A DNA stretch of 64,000 nucleotides from Bacteroidota bacterium (GCA_016708785.1 JADJFC010000001.1:176147-240146), one strand, 5' to 3'; numbered from the stretch's first letter, positions 53,022-62,874 are shown. Numbers and translations are program-made. The notes: generated by a model not told the origin, from the sequence alone.

Positions 53022-55469
53022 ATGGACATACAATACATAGGAGAACAGCTCCTTTGGGGAAAGATTGGAAACCTCCTGGTATTTACCGCATTTACTGCAG
53101 CTTTACTCTCTGCAATATCCTACTTTTTTAGTCTACGAACTGACGATAAATCGTGGCGAAAACTTGCCAGGCAGGCATTCGCAATTCATACTATTTCTAT
53201 AACAGGAATTTTTGCTTTACTATTCTATCTGATCTTAAATCATCGGTTTGAATATGTATATGTCTGGGAGCATAGTAACACGATAATGCCTTTAAAATAT
53301 ATTCTTTCCTGTTTCTGGGAAGGACAAGAGGGAAGTTTTCTGCTCTGGATGTTCTGGCATTGTGCTCTTGGCTGGGTAATTATTGCCACAGCAGGAGAAT
53401 GGGAAAACGGAGTAATGTTTGTCATTTCACTGGTGCAAATTTTTCTTGCATCCATGATTCTTGGCGTAGTAATTCTAGGCTATAAAATGGGCAACAATCC
53501 ATTTGTACTTCTTAGAGACCATCCGGATTTCGCCAATCTTCCCTTCATCAAAATGCCCGACTACCTTTCTAAAATTAAAGATGGTCGTGGATTGAATCCA
53601 CTTTTACAAAATTACTGGATGACTATTCATCCACCTACTCTCTTCCTCGGATTTGCGTCTACAGTTATCCCATTTGCTTTTGCAATTGCAGGATTGATGC
53701 GTAAGAAATTCACAGAATGGATCAAACCTGCAATGCCATGGACTTTCTTCGGCGTAATGATTTTAGGAACAGGTATTTTAATGGGTGCTGCATGGGCATA
53801 TGAGTCACTTAGTTTTGGCGGATTCTGGGCATGGGATCCCGTTGAAAATGCTTCTCTGGTTCCATGGATGACAATGGTCGGTTTAGCTCACGTAATGCTG
53901 ATCTTCAAACACAGAAAGCGATCGATACTTTCTAATTTCATTCTTGCTATTGTTACTTTCTTTTTCATTCTATACTCAACGTTTCTAACGCGAAGCGGAA
54001 TATTAGGCAATTCATCTGTGCATGCTTTTACAGATCTTGGCATGTCAGGACATCTTATTATCTATATGTTTTTCTTTGTGGCTTTGTCTGCTTATCTGCT
54101 TATTAAAAACTACAAGGCACTAAAAGAAACACATGAAGAAGAACACCTTTCTTCACGGGAATTCTGGATGTTCATTGGAATGTTAGTTTTAGTGATCGGA
54201 TGTCTGCAAATTACATTTACGACATCACTACCTGTCTTCAATAAATTATTCAGTTTAAATCTTGCAGCTCCTGTTGACGCAATTGACCACTACAATAAAT
54301 GGCAAGTCCCTGTTGCAATTTTTATTTGTCTATTAATCGGAGTTGGACAGTATTTCAAATACAAAAAAACGGAATGGAAAGAATTCAGAAAAAAAATTAC
54401 ACTCAGTTTAATGTTATCCTTATTGGTAACAGGTTTGAGTGCATTTTATCTTGGTGAATATAGAGTACATTACTATATACTTTTCTTTGCCTCTACCTTT
54501 GCAGTTATTGCCAATGCTTCCTATATTTTCACTGTACTGAAAGGAAAACTAGGCAATTCTGGTGCTTCAATAGCACATATCGGGATTGGACTGATTTTAA
54601 TGGGAGCACTTATTTCAAATTCCAAGAAAGAAGTCATTTCAAGAAATTTGAAAAACGTTGACTTAGGAAAAGATATGCCTAACAAGGAAAACATCATGAT
54701 CGAACAAAAAGTCGATACACTTCCTATGGGTAATTATTATGTGACCTATTCAAAACGCGAAACCCAGGGAGTAAATGTTCTTTTCAACATTGAGTACTTT
54801 CAATTGAATCCACAAACAGGTGTAAAAGAAAAACAATTTGAGCTAAAGCCATTCGTTCAGTTGAATGATAGAATGGGAAATGTGGCAGAACCTGCTACTA
54901 AACATTTTCTTACCAAAGATATCTACACTCACATAACTTACGCGGAAATTGAAAAGCCACAAAGCCGACATACTGAAGATGAACATGAGGAAGAATATCA
55001 ACCGGCGAAAAATCAAATGCTTGCTATTGGAGATACATTCATTACAAGCAACAGCTTTGTTATTCTTCGTAGCTTGAAGAAAGATCTGGACAGAAATGAT
55101 TTCCAGTTGAACGACTCCGACCTTATCGTTGGTGCTGACCTGATGATTCAGGATATAAACAAAAAGATCTACGAAAGTCTTCCTGTCTTTGTGATCAAGA
55201 ATTTTTCAATTTATACAAAATCAACTTCCGTTGATGAATTAGGTTTGAAATTCGAATTCTCAAAGATCGATCCTGCAACAGGAAAAATTGAATTATCGGT
55301 TTCGGAAAAGAAATCAAACAAAGCGGATTTCATAGTGATGAAAGCAATTATTTTTCCCGGAATCAATATCCTGTGGATAGGTTGTTTATTGATGATCATT
55401 GGATCCGTAGTTGCAATCAGAAAGAGAGTAATTCAGAATATGAATTCCGGAAATTCTACTGAGAAATGA
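53022..55469 (+). CDS. ccmF: Cytochrome c heme lyase subunit CcmF (long form)
   Basis: 815 aa and polytopic, with the WWD motif FGGFWAWDPVENASLVPW. It is longer than the ~650-aa proteobacterial protein, with an extra soluble C-terminal segment before the last TM helix. Confidence 0.9.
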   Translation: MDIQYIGEQLLWGKIGNLLVFTAFTAALLSAISYFFSLRTDDKSWRKLARQAFAIHTISITGIFALLFYLILNHRFEYVYVWEHSNTIMPLKYILSCFWEGQEGSFLLWMFWHCALGWVIIATAGEWENGVMFVISLVQIFLASMILGVVILGYKMGNNPFVLLRDHPDFANLPFIKMPDYLSKIKDGRGLNPLLQNYWMTIHPPTLFLGFASTVIPFAFAIAGLMRKKFTEWIKPAMPWTFFGVMILGTGILMGAAWAYESLSFGGFWAWDPVENASLVPWMTMVGLAHVMLIFKHRKRSILSNFILAIVTFFFILYSTFLTRSGILGNSSVHAFTDLGMSGHLIIYMFFFVALSAYLLIKNYKALKETHEEEHLSSREFWMFIGMLVLVIGCLQITFTTSLPVFNKLFSLNLAAPVDAIDHYNKWQVPVAIFICLLIGVGQYFKYKKTEWKEFRKKITLSLMLSLLVTGLSAFYLGEYRVHYYILFFASTFAVIANASYIFTVLKGKLGNSGASIAHIGIGLILMGALISNSKKEVISRNLKNVDLGKDMPNKENIMIEQKVDTLPMGNYYVTYSKRETQGVNVLFNIEYFQLNPQTGVKEKQFELKPFVQLNDRMGNVAEPATKHFLTKDIYTHITYAEIEKPQSRHTEDEHEEEYQPAKNQMLAIGDTFITSNSFVILRSLKKDLDRNDFQLNDSDLIVGADLMIQDINKKIYESLPVFVIKNFSIYTKSTSVDELGLKFEFSKIDPATGKIELSVSEKKSNKADFIVMKAIIFPGINILWIGCLLMIIGSVVAIRKRVIQNMNSGNSTEK

Positions 55470-56242
55470 AAATTGTAATTCTCGGAGCAGGTAATCTGGC
55501 ATGGCACTTAGCGCCATTCTTAAGAAAGAACGGCCATGAGATCGTTGCTGTTTATAGCAGAACAAAATTTTCTGCTGTTGCACTGGCAAATAAAGTAAAA
55601 GCTATTCCAATTGACAAAATTGAAGATATTCCTTCCAATGCTGATATTTATATTGTTGCATTGCAAGACAAAGCGGTACGTTCAGTTTTGAAATCTCTCA
55701 AATTCATTCCGAACTGCATTGCTCACACCAGCGGTTCTGTTTCCATTTCTGTTTTTCCTAAGCAATTCAAAAACACCGGCGTCTTTTATCCTTTGCAGAC
55801 CTTTTCTAAAACAAGAAAAGTTAATTTGAATGAAGTGCCTTTCTTACTTGAAAGCAGCAATTTGAAAACCAAGAAAATTCTCTCTTCTTTAGCAAATTCG
55901 ATATCGACCAATGTGCATTTTATAACATCCGACAAGAGAAAAAAAATTCACCTGGCAGCAGTATTTGCAAATAATTTCGTCAATCACCTCTACTCCATTG
56001 CCTCTGAAATATTAAAGGAAAGCAAACTTCCTTTTGACTTGCTAAAACCACTGATCCTAGAAACAGCAGGAAAGATCCTGGAAGATTCCCCTGAAAAGAT
56101 GCAAACAGGCCCTGCCCGTCGAAATGACCAGGAAATCATAAAGTCGCATTTGCAACTTCTAAAGGGACAAAAGAACAGAAAGGCTATTTATTCACTTTTG
56201 AATGCCAGTATTATTGATAAGTTTAAGGTAAAGGCTAAATAA
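55466..56242 (+). CDS. Rossmann-like / DUF2520 domain protein
   Basis: 258 aa with MKIVILGAGNLAWHLA (GxGxxA). It overlaps ccmF by 4 nt. Confidence 0.7.
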   Translation: MKIVILGAGNLAWHLAPFLRKNGHEIVAVYSRTKFSAVALANKVKAIPIDKIEDIPSNADIYIVALQDKAVRSVLKSLKFIPNCIAHTSGSVSISVFPKQFKNTGVFYPLQTFSKTRKVNLNEVPFLLESSNLKTKKILSSLANSISTNVHFITSDKRKKIHLAAVFANNFVNHLYSIASEILKESKLPFDLLKPLILETAGKILEDSPEKMQTGPARRNDQEIIKSHLQLLKGQKNRKAIYSLLNASIIDKFKVKAK

Positions 56243-56272
56243 TTTTCTTTTTAATTATCTATTATTGCATCA

Positions 56273-56776
56273 ATGAAAAATTTCAAAGAAGCGCTAAATG
56301 CTATCCGTTGTTTCGTTTTTGACGTCGACGGTGTATTGACGAACAATACAATTGTAGTCATGCAAAACGAATTGCATCGTATCATGAATATTCGTGATGG
56401 CTTTGCATTGAAAGAAGCTGTTGAACAAGGCTATCATGTTGTCATTATTTCAGGAGGGAAATCCGAAAGTGTAAGAACCAGGTTAGCCAACCTCGGAATA
56501 AAAGATATTTATCTCGGTGTGCAGGACAAAACTGAAAAACTGGATGACATCAAAATTCAATATGACCTAAAGAAAGAAGAAATTCTATACATGGGTGACG
56601 ATATTCCTGATTACTATGTCATGCAACAAGTAGGTGTACCAACATGCCCTAACGATGCAACGCATGAGATAAGAGCATTGAGTGCTTACATCAGCCCATT
56701 CAATGGTGGCGAAGGCTGCGCAAGAGATGTCATTGAACAAACAATGAAACTTCATGGCAAATGGCCGGTGAAATAG
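56273..56776 (+). CDS. kdsC: KdsC-family HAD-IIIA phosphatase (KDO 8-phosphate phosphatase)
   Basis: 167 aa with FVFDVDGVLT, MGDDIPD and the typical C-terminus GGEGCARD. Confidence 0.85.
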   Translation: MKNFKEALNAIRCFVFDVDGVLTNNTIVVMQNELHRIMNIRDGFALKEAVEQGYHVVIISGGKSESVRTRLANLGIKDIYLGVQDKTEKLDDIKIQYDLKKEEILYMGDDIPDYYVMQQVGVPTCPNDATHEIRALSAYISPFNGGEGCARDVIEQTMKLHGKWPVK

Positions 56777-56795
56777 TAATTCGAAATTTACAATT

Positions 56796-57710
56796 ATGAT
56801 TTTCCTAAAACTGATCAGATGGCCCAACCTATTGATGATTGCGCTCACGCAATTTTTAGTCCGCTATTGCCTGATCATGCCTGCATTTATTGTTGAATAT
56901 AAAGTATTGGATGTTTTCCCAGATCATCTAAGCAAGCTACAGTTTCTATTGTTAACCGCTTCCACTGTTTTAATTGCTGCCGGTGGTTACATCATTAACG
57001 ATATTCATGATACATCAATTGATCAGGACAACAAGCCCGGTAAAAACAAGATCAACAATGGCATTTCAGAATCTGCAGCATTAAAGTATTATTACGTATT
57101 GACTTCAATTGGTATTCTTGCCGGATTTATTGTTGCATTTTCAATTGACAAATTCTCTCTTGGTTTTGTCCCTTTATTTGCAGCAATTTCTTTGTATATG
57201 TATTCTACATTTTACAAAAAGCGATTTCTTTCGGGCAACATTCTCATTGCAGCACTTTCAGCTTTGAGTGTATTGATCGTCGGACTTTTCGAACCTGAAT
57301 TTTACAAGAGCATAATCTATTTACTATGGTATGCTGTCTTTGCATTTGAAATCTCATTGATTCGGGAAATCATCAAAGACATTGAAGATAAAGATGGCGA
57401 TGAAAAGGCACAATCTAAAAGCCTACCCATTTTATATGGCATTAAAAAAACAAAAGTAGTTGTTTATGGATTAATCCTTTTTATGATTGCTACAATTCTC
57501 CACGTCCTTTACAACTACTTTTGGAACAATACTGTAATTAGCTTCTGGATCCTTAGTGGAATCTTCTTTATCCCTTTGCTACTTCTCTCTTACATGATCT
57601 ACATTGCTGAAGAAAAAAAAGACTTTCATTTCGCAAGTATTTTTACAAAGGTATACATGTCTCTAGGTATCTTTAGTTTATTAGGGTTCTGGTACTATTT
57701 TTTAAGATAA
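56796..57710 (+). CDS. UbiA-family prenyltransferase (the family usually annotated in Bacteroidota as geranylgeranylglycerol-phosphate geranylgeranyltransferase-like)
   Basis: 304 aa with 8-9 TM helices and Asp-rich motifs NDIHDTSIDQDN and KDIEDKDGDEK. Confidence 0.8.
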   Translation: MIFLKLIRWPNLLMIALTQFLVRYCLIMPAFIVEYKVLDVFPDHLSKLQFLLLTASTVLIAAGGYIINDIHDTSIDQDNKPGKNKINNGISESAALKYYYVLTSIGILAGFIVAFSIDKFSLGFVPLFAAISLYMYSTFYKKRFLSGNILIAALSALSVLIVGLFEPEFYKSIIYLLWYAVFAFEISLIREIIKDIEDKDGDEKAQSKSLPILYGIKKTKVVVYGLILFMIATILHVLYNYFWNNTVISFWILSGIFFIPLLLLSYMIYIAEEKKDFHFASIFTKVYMSLGIFSLLGFWYYFLR

Positions 57711-57714
57711 TAAA

Positions 57715-58401
57715 TTGAAAAACATCGCCGCTCTAAAAATTGTCTTAGGCTCAGGTTCTCCGAGGAGGAAGCAGCTATTAGAAGAATGTGGCTTCAATTT
57801 CATCGTCAGAACAAAAGAGATCGATGAAACACCACCTGCCGGGCTCGTTCGTGCTGAAATAGCAATGAAACTTGCAGAAATGAAAGCAGATGCACTTTCT
57901 AATTCTATGAATGACGACGAAATACTTATCACAGCTGATACGATTGTTTGTCTGGACGATCTGGTATTAAACAAACCAAACGATGCTGCACATGCTTTTG
58001 AAATGCTAAATTTACTTAGTAATAAAAGTCACCAGGTATATACAGGAGTGTGCATTCTTAATAAAAAGGCAAAGAGAATTTTCTCAGTTGAGACAGATGT
58101 ATTATTCAATCAATTGAACGACGAATTAATTAAAAAGTATATTAATAATTTCAAACCATACGACAAAGCTGGTTCCTATGGTGCTCAAGAATGTTTGCCT
58201 TTCAATATGAATCCTTGTTCGGAAAAGGAACTTGCATTTATGAGATCGATAGGAAAACCCAATTTATTTGAAAACACTTTGGTTCAATCTGACAAAGAAA
58301 ATGTGCCAATAATAAAAAGCATCTCCGGAAGTTACTTTAATGTTATGGGATTGCCTGTTGTTGAACTTGTTGATCAGTTGAATTTATTATTCCCGCAATG
58401 A
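57715..58401 (+). CDS. maf: Maf-family nucleoside triphosphate pyrophosphatase with an internal insertion
   Basis: 228 aa with a TTG start, LGSGSPRRKQLL, ITADTIV, DKAGSYG.Q and YFNVMGLP. About 30 extra residues (CLPFNMNPCSEKELAFMRSIGKPNLFENTLVQSDKEN) lie between the last two motifs. Confidence 0.85.
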   Translation: MKNIAALKIVLGSGSPRRKQLLEECGFNFIVRTKEIDETPPAGLVRAEIAMKLAEMKADALSNSMNDDEILITADTIVCLDDLVLNKPNDAAHAFEMLNLLSNKSHQVYTGVCILNKKAKRIFSVETDVLFNQLNDELIKKYINNFKPYDKAGSYGAQECLPFNMNPCSEKELAFMRSIGKPNLFENTLVQSDKENVPIIKSISGSYFNVMGLPVVELVDQLNLLFPQ

Positions 58402-59303
58402 CAGCAAAAGTAAAAGACCCAAGTATGCGTACTGCATATTTAAAGATGCATTTGGCCATCTTCCTATGGGGTTTTACAGGTCTCTTAGGTCAGAAAATTC
58501 ATTTGAATGAAGGCATGTTGGTTTGGTACAGGATGCTATTGAGCAGTCTGGCAATTCTTGGAATTTTCTATTACCGAAAATCATTACCGAAAATCAGCAG
58601 GCGTGAAATTTTCATGATCGGTTCTATCGGTTTCCTTGTAATGCTTCACTGGGTCTTTTTTTATGGATCAATAAAAGCAAGTAGTATTTCTGTTGCAATG
58701 ATCTGTTTATCTGCCATAGCACTCTTCTCTTCCATTCTGGAACCCTTGATCAACAAAGCACCATTCGATTTCATTGAAATACTTTTTAGCGCAATGGCTG
58801 TAACGGGAATCTCAACGATTTATAATTCAGATGTTTCAGCATCGACAGGTATAATTTTAGGATTGATCAGCGCATTTTTAAGTTCCCTCTTCTCCACTTT
58901 CAATAAAAGGATTGCAACTAAATATGAATCGTTGACGATCAGTTTTATTGAATTATCATTTGGCTTTGGATTTCTCACACTTCTGCTCCCCGTCTATTTT
59001 CTTTTTACAACTGACACAAAATTAATTCCCGATGGCAGCGACTTCTTTTACCTGCTGATCTTATCTTTGTTCTGCACGGTACTTACATGGATCCTATCTT
59101 TACAAGCGCTGAGGAAAGTTTCAGCGTACACAATGGGATTAGCGCTAAATCTCGAACCTGTTTACGGGATAATTCTGGCAATACTTTTTGCAAATGAAGG
59201 CAGATTGATGAATAGCGGATTTATTAGCGGAGCAGTTATCATATTAGTGACTGTTGTTCTACATACCATTTACAAAGCAAGAAAAACCAAGTTGATCAAA
59301 TAA
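58398..59303 (+). CDS. DMT superfamily (EamA-like) transporter
   Basis: 301 aa with 10 predicted TM helices in two repeats. It overlaps maf by 4 nt. Confidence 0.75.
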   Translation: MTAKVKDPSMRTAYLKMHLAIFLWGFTGLLGQKIHLNEGMLVWYRMLLSSLAILGIFYYRKSLPKISRREIFMIGSIGFLVMLHWVFFYGSIKASSISVAMICLSAIALFSSILEPLINKAPFDFIEILFSAMAVTGISTIYNSDVSASTGIILGLISAFLSSLFSTFNKRIATKYESLTISFIELSFGFGFLTLLLPVYFLFTTDTKLIPDGSDFFYLLILSLFCTVLTWILSLQALRKVSAYTMGLALNLEPVYGIILAILFANEGRLMNSGFISGAVIILVTVVLHTIYKARKTKLIK

Positions 59304-59304
59304 T

Positions 59305-59829
59305 ATGTTATTCTCTGACAAAATCGAAACCCCACTTGGCACCATGATCCTCGTTTCGAATGAGAATGGATTGTGCTTTGCGGAATTTATTGATGATGAA
59401 AGTACAGAAAAGAGGATCCAATTATTCGCCAAGAAAACGGACATGGAATTTTCCGTTTCTAAAAATCATATCAATGAAATGGCGAAAGTTCAACTAAGTA
59501 ATTATTTCAAAAAAGAATTAACAAACTTTAACGTTCCACTTTCACCACATGGAACGGAATTTCAAAAAAAGGTCTGGCAGTCACTTTCTAATATTCCATT
59601 TGGAAAGACAAAAACGTACAAAATTCAAGCAGATCAATTTAATTCGCCGGAAGCCATCAGAGCGATTGCAAGTGCAAATGGGAAAAATCCAATTGCTATT
59701 ATCATCCCTTGTCACAGAGTTATTGGTTCAGACGGCAATTTGACAGGCTACGCAGGTGGCTTATGGCGAAAAAAGTGGTTGCTAGAACACGAAGGAGCAT
59801 TGAATACAGGACAAGTGTCATTGTTCTAA
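59305..59829 (+). CDS. ogt: Methylated-DNA--protein-cysteine methyltransferase
   Basis: 174 aa with the active site IPCHRVIG and TEFQKKVW. Confidence 0.9.
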   Translation: MLFSDKIETPLGTMILVSNENGLCFAEFIDDESTEKRIQLFAKKTDMEFSVSKNHINEMAKVQLSNYFKKELTNFNVPLSPHGTEFQKKVWQSLSNIPFGKTKTYKIQADQFNSPEAIRAIASANGKNPIAIIIPCHRVIGSDGNLTGYAGGLWRKKWLLEHEGALNTGQVSLF

Positions 59830-59842
59830 AAACAATATTTTG

Positions 59843-59850
59843 TACTTTTG
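59843..59850 (+). promoter_or_regulatory. Candidate -7 box TACTTTTG, 4 nt upstream of the ATG at 59855
   Basis: Exact TAnnTTTG match. Confidence 0.3.
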
Positions 59851-59854
59851 TCAA

Positions 59855-60172
59855 ATGCGCAGTCAGGGAAGGATTCTCTTTTCATTCTTATTTCTCTTTG
59901 CTTTCCTGGTCCCGACCGTAGGAGAAACTCTGCATCAATTGTCGCATGCAGGCGACTCCCACTGTTCTGAAAAAAGTGTACATCACTTTCATGAAGAAGA
60001 ACATCATTGTGTAATTTGTGATTTTGCCTTCAACAGCTACTATTCAGATATTTTAATTCCTGAAATAAAGGCAACACAATTTTATATTCTTCAATACAAA
60101 TATGAAGTCGCACAAAATTTATTTATTGAAGAGGTTTCCATCCTCGCATTAAGAGGTCCGCCTGTAAGTTAA
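59855..60172 (+). CDS. Small secreted His/Cys-rich protein
   Basis: 105 aa from the ATG at 59855 (MRSQGRILFSFLFLFAFLVPTVG). The metal-ligand-rich stretch is HQLSHAGDSHCSEKSVHHFHEEEHHCVICDF. It lies upstream of a TonB-dependent receptor. Confidence 0.5.
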   Translation: MRSQGRILFSFLFLFAFLVPTVGETLHQLSHAGDSHCSEKSVHHFHEEEHHCVICDFAFNSYYSDILIPEIKATQFYILQYKYEVAQNLFIEEVSILALRGPPVS

Positions 60173-60342
60173 TTAACAACTTTTCTTTACAATAAAACGA
60201 TTTCGGCATCCTTACTTTTATTGAAAACTATATTCATGCGATTGGCTCAAAAAAAGTCAATTGAATGAATGTACCCTATTCAAGTAATTAAACTGTCCTA
60301 AGTCGATTTCATTAAATAACCCATTTTAATTCAACTAATAGT

Positions 60343-62781
60343 ATGTTAAAAAAACAACTCAATATATTTTATTGCTGTTCGCTTTATTCCTGGTTAACCA
60401 TCAAAGTTATGGTGCCGGACAAAAAGCACATTTATCAGGAACAGTAGTTGACAAGAACACTGGAGAAAAACTCCCGGGAGCAACCGTTTATTTCCCTGAC
60501 TTAAAAACCGGCTGTATTACTGACATTAACGGAAGTTTCAAATTGAAAACTTGCCTTAAAAAACTTGTCGTTCAATTTAGTTTGTTAGGATACAAAAATT
60601 TCATAACAACAATTGATCTCACAATTACTTCAACGATAACTGTTACGCTGGAAGAATCCGTGAAAGAAATAAATGCCATCGTTGTTACCGGCTCTGCATA
60701 TGCTGTTGAAAAAAACAGAACTCCCACTCCTATCACAGTTATTCAGAAATCATTGATCGTTGAAAGTTCATCTTCAAATATTATTGACGCATTGGCTGCA
60801 CAACCGGGAATTTCTCAAATTACAACCGGTAGCGGAATTTCTAAACCTGTTATCAGAGGTCTTGGATATAATCGTGTGATCGTTGTCAATGACGGTATTA
60901 AACAAGAAGGACAACAATGGGGTGATGAGCATGGAATAGAGATCGATGAATACGGAGTCGATAAAGTTGAAATCCTTAAAGGCCCTGCATCTCTAATGTA
61001 TGGATCAGATGCAATGGCCGGAGTGATCAACATGATCTCTTCACCATCTCTTTCTGATGGGAATATAACGGGTGAAATTCTAACAGAATATCAGACCAAC
61101 AATGGATTGTATGGCTATTCTTTGAATACAAAAGGAAATTTAAAAGGATATGTTTGGGATGCCAGATTCAGCAATAAAGGGGCGCATTCATACCAGAACA
61201 AATTCGATGGACAAGTATATAATACCGGCTACAAGGAATATTCTGCACAAACGATCCTTGGCATCAATCGTTTCTGGGGATTTTCTCATCTGCATTTGAG
61301 TTACTACAATTTAACTCCCGGATTAGCAGAAGGTGAAAGAGATGACCTTACTGGCAAGTTCATTAAACCGGTTGTTATAAATGATACAACTGTAGAAAAT
61401 GTTATTGTCAGTAATTCTGATTTCAATTCTTATACACCCGGTATACCCTATCAGAAGATCAACCACTACAAAGCTGTGATCAATAATAGTGTGATCATCA
61501 ATCAAGGAACATTAAAAAGTACTTTCGGATATCAATTGAATGAAAGAAAAGAATTTGCAGAAATTATTGACCCAAATCAATATGGCCTTTATTTCAAATT
61601 GGAAACTTTTAACTATGAAGTAAAATACCATTTCCCTGAATTCAAAAAAAATAAATCTGACTACAGGATTTAATGGAATGCTGCAGAAGTCAGCGAATAA
61701 AGGAATAGAATTTCTTGTTCCCGCATACAACATGATTGACGGTGGAATTTTTGCAATTGCAGCAAGAAATTTCAATAAGATCGATTTGAGTGCAGGTATA
61801 CGTTATGACTCCAGATCATTAAAAGGAGAAGATCTGTTTTTAGATGCAAATGGATTGGCTACTACGGAAATCAATTCTGCTGATCATCGGTTCACAGCAT
61901 TTAACTCAACTTTTTCAGGATTGACCGGAAGTGTTGGCATGGCATGGAATTTTAATCCTATCTACTATACTAAAGCAAATCTTTCATTTGGATTCAGAGC
62001 GCCAAACATAGCAGAACTCGGCTCAAATGGATTACATGAAGGGACGATACGTTATGAGATAGGCAATATTAAACTAGAGGCTGAAAGAAGCAGTCAGCTC
62101 GATCTTGCCTTTGGAATTAATACTGATCACTTAAGCGTTGAAATTGACGGGTTCATTAATTCTATCGATAATTTTATTTTCCTGCCAAAACTTCCAAATG
62201 TATCAGGGACAGATTCGATTATTGATGGCAACTATGTATTCAAATATTCATCCGGCAATGCACTATTAAGAGGAGGCGAAATACTTGTTGACCTTCATCC
62301 TCACCCATTTGACTGGCTGCATTTTGAAAATTCATTTTCATTTGTGGATGCCCAACAAAGAGACCAACCTGATAGCACAACCTATTTACCTTTCACTCCA
62401 CCAATGAAAATCACTTCGGAGTTGCAATTCACGCAGAAAAAATTCCTAAAAGTATTGAGTAATTGTTTCTTCAAATTTGGCCTTGATTATTATTTCAAAC
62501 AAGATCAAATCTATTCTGCATACAACACAGAAACAGCGACATCAGGCTATGCACTTTTACATGCAGGAATTGGAACTGACATCATTAGGAAACAGAAAAA
62601 ATTACTTTCGGCGTATTTTAATATTTCAAATCTAGGCGATGTCGGCTATCAAAGCCATCTGAGCAGACTAAAGTATGCTCCTGAAAACTTAGCTACGGGA
62701 AGATCCGGGATTTATAATATGGGAAGGTCTTTCAACTTTAAAGTAATTGTCCCCCTCGATTTTTCCAAAAAAACAACATGA
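60343..62781 (+). pseudogene. TonB-dependent receptor (CarboxypepD_reg-like + plug + barrel) interrupted by two poly-A frameshifts
   Basis: ORFs 60372-61673 and 61678-62781 are consecutive parts of one receptor (TGEKLPGATVYF, plug GPASLMYGSDAMAGVIN, barrel, C-terminal aromatic F). Adding one A to the A7 run at 60348-60354 links the ATG at 60343 to a good signal peptide (MLKKTTQYILLLFALFLVNHQSYG). Removing one A from the A8 run at 61644-61651 fuses the two ORFs (..EFKKINLTTGFNGMLQKS..). Confidence 0.8.
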
Positions 62782-62805
62782 AAATCGAAATTTCAACCAT
62801 TTCAA

Positions 62806-62840
62806 AGCGGCAAAATAAAAATTTTGTCGCTTTTTTTTTA
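62806..62840 (+). terminator. Rho-independent terminator after the TonB-dependent receptor
   Basis: AGCGGCAAAAT / aaaa / ATTTTGTCGCT (one G.T pair) followed by T9. Confidence 0.75.
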
Positions 62841-62874
62841 TTTATATCTTTAAAGCCTCTAACCCCTAATTTTT

